A model generated the notes under the pieces. That model worked only from the letters and a program-made list of their open reading frames with translations. It was not told where the DNA came from and made no database searches. A DNA stretch of 54,825 nt from Catajapyx aquilonaris. Taxonomy: Eukaryota. The stretch covers positions 1 to 54,825 of the forward strand of contig KZ538673.1 of the NCBI GenBank assembly GCA_000934665.2, given 5' to 3'. A program made the translations under genes and the position numbers. Numbering within the stretch: the first letter of the stretch is position 1; every line of letters starts with the position of its first letter. This document shows, piece by piece, positions 25,999 through 37,900 of this stretch.

Positions 25999-28900
25999 CT
26001 GCAATAATAGAAAAAACAACATTGAAAAGATATGGTAATGAGACTCAATGACTGTGGCATTTTCCCTCTGAGGTTCATTAGGTGTGCTTATAGTGGTCTG
26101 AAACCGGCTTGTTTTCACAACACCATTTTTATCGTTACAAAACATATTGGAAACGTTGCAACATAGCCAGGAAAAAATTACTTGGCCTAAGAACCACAGC
26201 ACTCTGGCACAAATCATAATTAATGTAAGGTCAAGTGGGATAAGCCTGTATATTGTGGCAAATGCATATTGCATGGATATGATGCCAACTGACAGTTAAG
26301 TACGGTACAGTACATGGGGCTACAACCTTGCTCCTGGAAGAAAACCATCCCGTGGGAATACTATACAGGGTGGTAATGAATTCAACTGACAAACTTCTAG
26401 GGGTAATAGAGGGGACCAAGTCAAACATATTTCATATTGCTGTAAATCCAGCGCTGCAACCTCTAGACCTACCTCTAGATGGCATTTCCGGACATGGGTT
26501 CCTATATGAAATACAGTAAAACTTCTATAAGTCGAATCTTCATGGGACCGGAAAAAAACTTTGAGTTATAGAAGATTCGAGTTAGAGAAGTTTGGATTTT
26601 TTAAAGCACATAACTCTATAAGGAAGCCTACCTTCATATCCAGCGACAAAAGGTGTTCAACACTTAAAAATAACTGTCACTATCACACTTACAATGTTCC
26701 TCGTTTTATTGTGGAAAAAATACTCCGCTACGGACATTTGCCTACTCTTAGATTCAAGGATTCGATTGTCACATTCGAGTCAAACACTTCTTTCGATACG
26801 TCTGGTAGACTGAGATCAGGAAATTGAGCCTTTTTGTACATGTGGCCTACTCTCGACCTTTCGGCTGGGAAATGAGAAAATTTTCCGGACTTGCAACATG
26901 AACTTCGACTTCGAGGGAGACTGAAAATCCATTGATATCCCATCGTAAAGCCCTGCCTGCACTTCGAGTTATAGAAATTCGAGTTAGGGAAGTTTATTTC
27001 CTACTATTTTACATTGTGACCAACCAAGCTCATCATTTTCTTCGACTTATAGAGAACTTTGACTTAGGGAAGTTCGACTTGTAGAAGTTTTACTGTATGT
27101 ATGTCTTGGTCCCCTCTATGACCCCTATAGGCCTATGAATTTTTCGGTTGAATTCATTAACACCCTGTATAGCAGCTCCATAGCTCTTCTCAATTGTCCT
27201 CTTATGGCATAGCCACACTTTGCCTTGGAATATGTTGCATTGCGCATAAAATATAGGCAATAAATGTACAGATATTCCGATTGAACAGACTATGTAAATA
27301 TTTCACTGACCGGTATGTGGTGTGGCTGAAAAGTTAAGTGAATTTTCAGATATCTTGCAGGAAAGCATGTGACAAGTCTGAGAGTGAGCATGTACAATCA
27401 GGGACATGCCTAGCCTAGCATGGAGTACAAGTGGCCACAAGTGCACATGAGCACAGTCTGTGTGAGAGATGGTGTCAAACAGCAATGGAGCAATGACACA
27501 ATATTAACCCCTCGAGCCCCAGCTATACCCGCCAGCGCCTAGTTTTCCGCTTACGAGTACTCTGAAGATACGGACAAGATATTTTACACAAAATAACAGC
27601 TATTGGGAAGACCCGTAGAAGTGGCTGACACCTGGCGGCTGTTTCGGAAGCTCATTCATGGCGGACAAGGGGGGTTGCTCTCCTAGTCCTGCCATGCGTG
27701 GGAACGAGGAAAAAGGGAGTAAAGTGGTGACAAGTGACAAATTATGTTTTGTGGTGGGATGAAACTCGAAGTTCTTATGTATAGTAGCCTGCCACTCATA
27801 GAGAATGGCATGACTCGATATATGGGCGAAATGTTTATCCTGTTCCCAACCCCTGGGTCACCTGCATGTTTATAAAATGTCTCAAGGAAGTCTGGGAAAG
27901 GGGAATCAAAATAAAGCAAAAAATATAGAAAAAAAACAGGTCAAAGTGGGAAAATTTTAGGGAGAAAATTCACATGAAATCTACGTAAAGCATTGTATAG
28001 TGCGGAAAACCAAACGACGATCTGACGTCATCGTTTCTTACATTGTTGCTTTTTTGTTGACACTGTTTACTCATATTGTTCTGTCTTCTGTGAGGGTATT
28101 TCCATGGAAACCTTGACGTCAGATCGTTATTTAGTTTTCCGCACTATGTGTAGGGATACCTAGTTGAACATTTTGGTAATTAAAATTTTTATTTAAAATT
28201 CGGGATGGGTCATACGAGTAACCAGAGGTCCAGAAAAGGTTGTCCTTAGGGTCATGTCGAAATAAGGTAGGGAAAACTGCTGTGCATTGTGGATGAGCAT
28301 TTCGTCCATAGAGTGATGCCATTCTTTATGAGCGGGACTGCTATTTGTGGACGTCGCGACATCCATATGTATCAGTCGTTGCGTCGTCCAGAGACAAAGC
28401 CCCACTTTTGTCGAGAAATTAGATATTAAATTCCCCCGCAGAATTACTCTTAGGAATTCATTTTACTTATGGACATTGTCGGGACAATCGAAATCTCCTC
28501 TCAACGTTGGGGACACTGTCACCCTTTTCCGAATCCTAGTTCACCCTGCATTTTGAACTCATACGGTTACAGTCAGCCCGACCTCTCTCGTCCCGAGATT
28601 TCTAGGGATATTCCCTATTTAATTCTTCCGTAAAATAACCAGTGGGCATTTATAGCAAATACGGTCCTCGTTGGAACATGTGAAATCTCCTATCAACGAC
28701 GAGGGCCCCTGTCACACGCATACAACTCCTAGTTTTGCCGCAATTAATTCCCAAAGGTCACTCTGCATTCTGGACCCAGACGCGGTTACAGTCAAGCAGA
28801 CCTCTTTTGTCCAGCGGTTTTTGTCGTGATATAAGCTAATTAATTCCCCCGTAAATTAGCCGCCCGGTCTGTAATACTAAATTGGAAGTCGTCGGGACAG

Positions 28901-31900
28901 TCGAAATCTCCTCTCGACGACGGGAGCATTGTCACCCTCTTCCGATCTCTAGTTTGGACGCAATTAATTCCCAAAGGTCAACATGCACCCCTGGACCCAT
29001 ACGGTTACAGCAGCCTGCCAGCTGCCGAGATATTTACTATTTAATTCCCCCGTAAAATAACCCGTGGATATTTATTTGCGGACGTCGTTGGAACAATCGA
29101 AATCTCCTCTCGACGACGGGAGCATTGTCCCTCTCCTCCAACCTCTAGTTTGGCCGCAATTAATTCCCAAATGTCACCATGCACGTCTGGACCCACTCCC
29201 CCTATACATCATCCTAGGCGCTCTCCCAGCTATTTGCGTAGGTACCGGCTCGGCTACCTCTCTGCCTCGGCCCGGGGCCTGCCCCACCGGCCCGCCCTGG
29301 CCCCCTCCCTGCCCACATAGCGCGTGCTCAGCCCTGTCTACTGCTCTCCCTGCCTCTTGCCAAGCTCATGCCCTGTCTGCTGCCTGCTCGAGTACCCCCG
29401 CTGTCGTCCATCTTGGATTCGACTTCAGCGCCTCTACAGGCCGTGGGTCTCGCGAATACTTACCCGATCAGGGAAAACACTATCAATGTGTCTGGAACAA
29501 TTATCCTCGTCTATAAGTCCCTAAATTAATTTCCAAAAATATTGCTGTAAAACCCGAAATTCAAGTACCTCCAGCCAACTACTTGGCTGATTTAATTATG
29601 AAATACGTTAAAATACACGGAATAACAATATTGAGAATAGTGCTAGACGAATTTGCTGAAATCGTCATACTTTGCGAGAAATAAATTATTTCTGATCTGC
29701 GGCTTTCCTGTTACTTCGGAAATCTCCCAAATTCATTTATTTCTCGCGAAGTACGACGATTTCAGCAACTTTGTCTGGAAAGGTTCTCAAGGTTAATATT
29801 CCATATATTTGTATTTCATAATTAAATCAGCCTTGGGGAGGTGTAGATGGCCAAGATGGTAACGTCTCAGCATGCTGAGTGAAAGGCTCCAGGTTCGATC
29901 CCCGCCTGGGGAGTTTTCCCTTCACCTGCGTCAGGAGGGTCTCAGACCTGCACCTTGGAGGTGCCTGGCAACCTAACTTCCTGGGAAACAGCACAAGACC
30001 CCTTTACAGATCTTGCACTTGCACCCTATGTTCCCTTGTCAAAAATCCTTATCCTTACCCATGTCCCTGTCTCCTTGCACCCATGAGCGAAGAAAAAATA
30101 ATACAGAGTTACTAGAAAACTGATGGTGGTGTGCCACCCCTCTAAAAAGGCTCCGCCTTATCACAGGGTAACGTAAAAATATAAATTAAATTAAATCAGC
30201 CTAACAGTTAGCCTGCAGTTCTTGAATTTCGAGTTTTTTTACAGCGATCTTTTTGGAAATTAATTCAGGAACTTCTAGAGGAGGTAAATTGTTCCAAACA
30301 CATTAATAGCATTTTCAAGTAACATGTAAGTATAGCTGTTATTATTTTGTAAAATATATTGTCCTTATCTTCAGAGTACATGTAACGGAAAATCTAGGTG
30401 ATGGCCTAATGGTTGGCCAATAGTAATTGAATTGAAAGTTATTAATTTTAAAAATTAATTTAGGGACTTCTAGACGAGTGAAAATTGTTTCCAACGTATT
30501 CATAGTGTAGAGCATGAATGTGTAAGTGTATCTGTTATTATTTGTGAAATATCTTGTCCTTATCTTCAGAGTAAGTGCAAGCGAAAATCTAGGCGATGGA
30601 ATTTACAGCAATATTTTTGGAAATTAATTTAGGGACTTCTAGACAAGGAAAATAATAGTTTCCAAGATAATTTATATGTTATGTTTCCCCTGAACGTGTA
30701 AGTATAGCTGTTATAATTTGTAAAATATGTTATAATTATCTTCAGAGTACATGCAAGCCAAAAAATGTGTGTACGACTGGTTTACCCCAATTTGTAGCAG
30801 TCCTTAATGCTGTGTCTCGTTCCATTACTGTTCAATGCCACCTCTCACAGAAACTGTGCTCAAATGACTGTGGTGGCAGTGCACTTGCAGCCACTCTCGT
30901 TCCATCCAAGCAGGTGCTTCCAGGGATATTAGTGGATGTCCGTGAGCATGCTCAAACTTATCTCTTGCATTGCATTTGAGATATCCAAACATTCATCAAA
31001 CTTTTAGCCACACCATGTATTACAAACCAATAGGATACTTCTCTAAGTTCATCTTTCAAACAAGTGTACAGACTTGCTCCACTTCACCTTCTAAAATTAA
31101 ATTTTTGCGGCATATTTTTTAAAAGTCACACATTGTTCACTAAACCTGACATTGACTGAACTGGATGATTGTGCAATACTTGAGTAGGTCATTAATAAAA
31201 CCAGGCTACCTTTACTTAGTCAAAAGTGGGTCAATTCCTGGTTACAGGCATCAACTCAATGGTAAATTCGTATTTCCAATATATGAGGGGTCTCAGATCA
31301 ATAGCAGCCAAGTCCACTTGGAAACACAGGTTGTAAAATGAGCAAAAACTGATGATTACTTCACTTTCACTGGTACAATCCTGAAACTTTTTACGTCCAT
31401 ATGTTGTTGTTTTTTAACCCCATTGGGTGTTCAGCCTTTAGAGGGATTTAAGTCCATATGTTGCCATAGATCAGATACATATGCAAATGTGCAATTAATA
31501 CCCAATGACATTAAAATACATAATTGATGCATGTATTTGTGTTACACCCCACAAAAATGGACTTGGCCATTTTTTATCTGAGACAACTCATATGAAACAT
31601 TTTCACTTCGTGTCCAACTCCCATTGGGCAAGGTTACCTGGGCCATGAAGAGACTCACTAAATCTGAAATTCCTGTTTTGTGAAGTGTTCGACCAGAAGA
31701 AGGTAGCCTGGTTTTGATAATGACCTCCTCACTTTTTGCACTATGTGGCACCCAACATATCAGTGTTAGGGAAAAATAACTCACTCAAAAAATTGGACAT
31801 CATCTACCAATGGCATATAAAGTAAAGTACGATTATTTCAAGGTCCTCGCACCTTCTGTGGCTATTTGAAACTTTACACAGCCATTTCCTGAATTGATAC

Positions 31901-34900
31901 TGAATGACCCAGTTGTTAATAGGTTTTGTGCAAGGTTAGAACCACAGAAATTTACAGAACAATGTAGGTACATACAATATGGATCTGCCATTTATCTCAG
32001 AGTTGTGTGTCTACAAGTGGTATTAAAAATTCAATGGGGCTGGCTCACCGAAAGTTCGGCCGCCAGGCGGCGTTAGTGGGCAAAAGGTTATTGTTTTTCT
32101 CTCTATACGGGCCGCATGCACGGGTGGAGAGTGCAGGGTTGCCTCTAAAAATTCATTCCGGCCAAACTGGGAGTCACCCTGGTGTGACAGTGCCCCCATC
32201 GTCGAGAGGAGATTCCGAGGATTATGTCAATGTCCATATAAGCCGCAAATACTGTGCGGTTATTTTACTTGAGAATTTAATATCGAATATGAGGGGAAGA
32301 AGAAAAGAATAAAATTCCCCCGTAAATTAACCCGTTGTTATTTATAACCGATATGGCCTTCGATGGGAACGTCGGAGTCTCCCCTCGACGACTTGGGCAC
32401 TGTCACACCCGTGCGACCCCCAGTTTGGCAGGAATGAATTTTCAGAGACAACCCTGCACCCTGGACCCGTTGGGTTACAGCCCGCCAGATTCTCACCCTC
32501 CGAGACGCTATATGTCCCACTTTTTACCCTCATATTCGCTATTAAATTCTCCAGCAAAATAAACCGTGGTTATTTATGGCCGATATGGACCTCGACGGCA
32601 TCGTCGGAATCTCCTCTCGACAACGGGGGCACTGTCAAACCAGGACGACCCCTAGATTGGCCGCAATGAATTTTCAGAGGTAACCCTGCGAGTGGACCCC
32701 ACTCCTCCTTGAGCCCGCTATGCCTCGACGACGATACCTGACGATACTATGCTATGCCTCCCTGCCCACTAGCGCCGCATTGCGGCCGGTCGTCTGATCC
32801 AGCCCCATTCAAATTCAAATGTTACAGCTGCATTCACCCACCTTGTTTGGTGCATCTGCCATGTTACTCACCTTTCTAAAATTTCTTACACCCCTCGTAG
32901 ACAAGTCACTGCGAGATACATGGTAGATCTATGCAGGGTGGTCGGTAAATGGCGCACAAGCTTCAGGTAGTGAGATTCCTTGTGAAATACCAGTATATGA
33001 AAGTGAAGGTCCTATTGCTCTATGATGCCTGGTTAGGGCTCATGAGGCCTCCAAAGTTTGGCCCAAATCATGACGTTACATCCACCCGTGAAATTCAAAC
33101 ACTACTGCATTGCTACCGTACACGGTGTGTTACTAGGCGTTGCCATGTTGACATCCCGCACATGTTCACCAAACAGTGGAACCGTATACACTCGCGGGGA
33201 CGTTGCCAGGAGTTGCCACGTCATCGTCCCCGTAGTTTATACGACGATATGGAAACACCTGGCAATGTCCCTGCGAGTGTATACGGTTCCATTGTTTGGT
33301 GAACATGTGCGGGATGTCAACATGGCAACGCCTAGCAACACACCTCATACGGTAGCAATACAGTAGTGTTTGAATTTCGCGGGTGGATGTGACGTCCTGA
33401 TTTGGCCCAAACTTTGGAGGCCTTGTGAGCCCTAACCAATCATCGTAGAGCAATAGGACCTTCACTTCCGTATACTGGTTTTTCACAAGGAATCTCGCTA
33501 CCTGAAGCTTGTGCGCCATTTACCAACCACCCTGTATAATGCCTGCATTCACTGACACATTTTAATTGTTTTGTCTCTTCTATACAGAAAACTTAATAAC
33601 AACTCTCTTCTGCTCTTTGATGCGGCAAATTCACACTCTACTTATGGTTAAAAAGCCTGAACTTACAAATTCCACGAGAGTCGGAAACTGCCCCTTTCAA
33701 CCAAAAAATTATTGCAGTTCTGGTTATAACTGCTCAACCCTCATAATTATGCTGTTAGAAAGCTTGACTAACTCCATGTAGCATCATTATGTTCAAGTTG
33801 CTTCTCTACTGATAGTATGAAATTTATTATATTTTAATTTTAATTTAATTTAATTACCCTTTTATTTTAATTTTATTTTATTATCTAATTATTATTATCT
33901 TTTATTAACAAAGCTGAAATTTACTATATAAAATAAGAACACCTTGTGATTTCAGTGAGGCAGGAGGGCAGGAAGGTATCCCTCACTCTGATGTGAGTCA
34001 GGTGTGTCTTAACACCACTATATTCCACCACATATCCATACAACCCGACTTAATCATTGCACATTTGAATAAGGACAGGACACTTAAGGATGAAAAGCTA
34101 CATATTATTTTTATTAGGCCTACCTCAGCTTTTGTTTTCAGCTCATTAATTATATCTGCAAAGGAGGTGGACTGGGGATGAACTTCTACGCTGCAGCTGC
34201 CATACAGCATGAAAGTACACTTCTCACATGCCATGTAACACATGACACTCATTAACAATGCTGTGTCAATAAACTGTAAATAGAGAAAAAATATGTAGAT
34301 AATGTAAAACAACATAAGCAAAACCCTGACTGTGAGTAACAATGTACAGCATAAGGCATCTTATGAAATACAGGGTTATCAAAAGAGAATGCGCATATTT
34401 AAAAACCCTATAACTCAGAAACGTGTAGATACAGGAAGTACTCTTTTACGCCATTAATTGGTTCCAGCAAAATGCGGCATCAAGTGAATCGGCGTAAAAC
34501 AAGACAAAATTATAATGTAAGTAAATGAAATAGGTTCCAAAATTTCCAAAAATTTTCCATAGGCAGTGGTAATATTGCTGTGTTTAATGCTGAATATTTG
34601 AAACATTGATTAATGGGAGGTTCCAGGTTGAGGGCCATCGGATTCTGAGGGGTCCTTTCCTTATTTTGGCCTGTTCAATCATATCTGGAGTTACCATTGC
34701 GGTCCTAACTCGTAGGTGCTGGAGACGACAGGTCTTTACACCACACACGTTGTTCTTGATGATGCACATAAAAAGTCGCCTCATCCACGAAACAAACCTG
34801 CCTTAGGAAAGTTTCATTTGCTCAGCCTCTCAGTGTGCAAAGTCTTGAAAGAGAAGTTTCCCCATTGCCCATTGCCTAGCGCCCCCCCCCCNNAGCGCCC

Positions 34901-37900
34901 CCCCCCCCCCCTACACGCATAGTGAAAAGAACGGGTGTCTCCGGAACCTATGGGGTAAGATTGCAAAAGTAATGCCAGAGATGTCTGAACAGGTTAGGCA
35001 CCAATTATTGTACTTACATTTCCCGAGCAACAAATTGAGCTAATATTGAAACCAACTATTGTCATACCAAAACTTCAGATATTTCTTAGCATTTCAAAGC
35101 TTGAATTATTTCCATATGTCTACAAGTTTTTGAGTTATATGGTTTCAAAATCAGCGCATTCTTTTTCGATCACTCTGTATAGTAACTGGATTATAATAAA
35201 CCTAGCCTCTATCACAGATTTTCTTATGGTCATTTTGAACACAAATCCGAGTGAATGGGAGCGACAGTGATCCAATGGTTAGTGCCACAACCTTCCCCCT
35301 CTGTGGGCCTGAGTTCCATGGTTAGACAAAGGTCTCTCTCATGATGGCAAGAGTTTTGATGAGTCTCCTCCTGGTCTCCCATTTCCTTCCACTATCAAAA
35401 TCCACCAAGAGCACAGCAAGTGAATCAAGTTGAGCATTTATAAGATTTTCCCCCGTATACAGCATCTCACAAGTGAGGAGCTTGCCAGCAAATCCAGATA
35501 AATCCACAATTTGCAATTTTTCAGGAGGAGCCAATAAGTGATTACTCAATGCTGGTGGCAAAAGTGAGATTGAAGTTGTCATGTGCAGTATGCTACAGGG
35601 GTTGCCATTATGTAGACACAATTGTTTTACTTCAATGTATGGTGATTGTGGAGGTAGGGCATTGTTAAAAATGGATACATCTGATTTTGCATGAAAATCA
35701 GCTATATGTAAATAGCGGATAAGTCTTAATTATTAAGACTTATCCGCTTTTGCTTGGAAACTAGATGTGCAGTATGCTATCAGGGTTGCCATTATGATTG
35801 CAGAAACAATTGTATATATCCATCTTTTAACAATGCCCCACCTCAAGAATCACCATATATGGTATGGTGATTGTTGAGGCATGGCACCACCAAAAATGGA
35901 CATATCTGATTTTGCATTAAAATTATGGCATTAGCTTTATGTGCACTTGATTTATATGCTTTTGCTTGGAAATCACTTTCGGATATATCCGGGTCTGCTT
36001 GAAACGGCAATTTTCCCACGGCTCGCATTCGGTGTAAATGTCTGGTTTCACTTGTAACTTCATGTCAATAGAAAGGCATTGGGTGGAGCATGTCTCCAGT
36101 GTATCCAGATTATTTTCGACCCGGAGTGGATTTATCTGGATTTGCTGGCAAGCTCCTCAAGTATTGTTGCTATTGTTATAATGACATCAGAGTAATTGTG
36201 ATGAGAAGTATTTTTAAAATGGCATTGGCCTTCCATATTACTTGAGGCAAAGAATTGTGGCTTACCATGGCATTCTTATTAATATCTCTTGCTCCAGAAT
36301 CCTGGGTAAACATTTCTTTCCCCACATAGCATAGGAGAACAGTGTGCCCCTTGATTGGTGGAACATTATGGATGGTGGCCACTGCTAATGCCTTGTTCAG
36401 GGCAGTTTTATAGTTGCCAATCACTCGCTGAACATCACTCACAGACCTAAAAAATATTGCAATGCCATCAGTGTCATCTACTCATACATGTCATTTTCCA
36501 TACATAAAGGAGACAAGGAATCAGGATTCACACAAAGGCAACTTCGGTGAAACTATCACAAACAGGGAACTCAAAAAACCAAAACAAAACAAAAAGACTG
36601 TTGCAGAATTATGGGTCTGCAGGCAATAATTTTAGTACAAATTGTAGCTAATAATATTACGAAGGTCATTCCAAAAATAAGTTTCATATAGTGATTATTT
36701 CAGAAAGTATTGTACACATGGGGACATTTTTACTGTCAGCAGTTAAAAGTTATTCTGCATGGGTGAGCCAAATTTGGTCTCCTTCGTGCACTCCAGGCAT
36801 GCACAGGAGTAATTGGAAGAAAGCGACTTTCACACCGAACGTGCCCACTCCATAAGCACTTGAGATGAAGGTCGTGGACGAAAGATGAAGTGAAGGCAGT
36901 TATTGGCAAGTTCCATGTTATCATCCAGACAACTGGATCCACAGTGACCCACAGTACATGGTTCGGAGATGGTGTGAGCAGTTCGGTGATGGCCATGATA
37001 GTGTAGCAGAGGAGCAGCGGTTTGAAAGGCCCTTAACGTTGACGACAAAGATGAACGTCTAACGTGTGGATGCCATGATTCACATGGATACAGTTGTCTG
37101 GATGATAACATGGAACTCGCGCCGCTTTAACTTCATCTTTCGTCCATGTCCTTTGACTCAAGCGAATACCTTCTCGAGACCGGAGCAAATCGCCTTCTTC
37201 TGCTTACTCCTGTGCATGCACGGAGTGCATGAGGGAAACCAAATTTGGTTGACCCATGCGGAATATTGTCCTCTAACTGCTGATGGTAAAAATTTCCCCA
37301 TATGTACAATACTTTCGGAAATAATCACTATGCGAAACTTATTTTTGGAATGACCCTCGTAGAAGCAAAAGTGGAATAATTTTAAAAATATGTTTTCTGA
37401 CTTGCCAAAAATCAGGCTTTTAAATTCATAAATGCATTATTATTTTACAGCATTGAAATGGCCCCAGGACAAAATTGGAAGGCGCAGAAATTTTCATTTC
37501 AATTTTTACAGCAAGGTAGATCATGCCAAATTCTTCAGAGTCACATATTATTCACTAAAACTGGCAGTCAATAAGATCAATGATTGGGCTCAATACTGGC
37601 AATCCTTCAGTGGGGTATTTTCACTCACGGTTGTTAGAGTATATTCTTCCTATGGTTGGACCGTCCGGCTAGTGGGCGGTGATTGGTGGAGGGGGAAAAC
37701 GTCACGGGGAGGATAAATTCAAACTGGGATAGGGCTTTCCATGCAATGTCATGTACTTTACGTAATTATTTTCACACACTTCTAAGTGAGCTAAAAATTT
37801 GAGAATTGGCAGACCTGTAACCCAGACATCAAAGACAACGTCAAATGTCCCGAATCACACATTTTCGCCCTGGGGCCGGCCCGCGGGCGAAAGTTCTTAG

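Larger units (their letters stand above)
27509..30770. mobile_element. Large foldback element (TTAA-CCC left end, piggyBac-like) interrupted by two insertions
   Basis: Left arm 27535-27602 plus 29457-29690 is the reverse complement of 29730-29833 plus 30203-30400. The right-arm segment is repeated about three times up to 30770. Confidence 0.7.

Noticed and set aside
28350..29195. Regularly spaced repeats as a CRISPR-like array
   Set aside because: Whole ~200-bp units are homologous, with no unique spacers and no cas genes, in a eukaryotic context.
32949..33519. Pair of near-identical 117-aa ORFs on opposite strands
   Set aside because: Artefact of the palindromic MITE; no recognisable domain. 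The same applies to the paired ORFs at 37791-38533.
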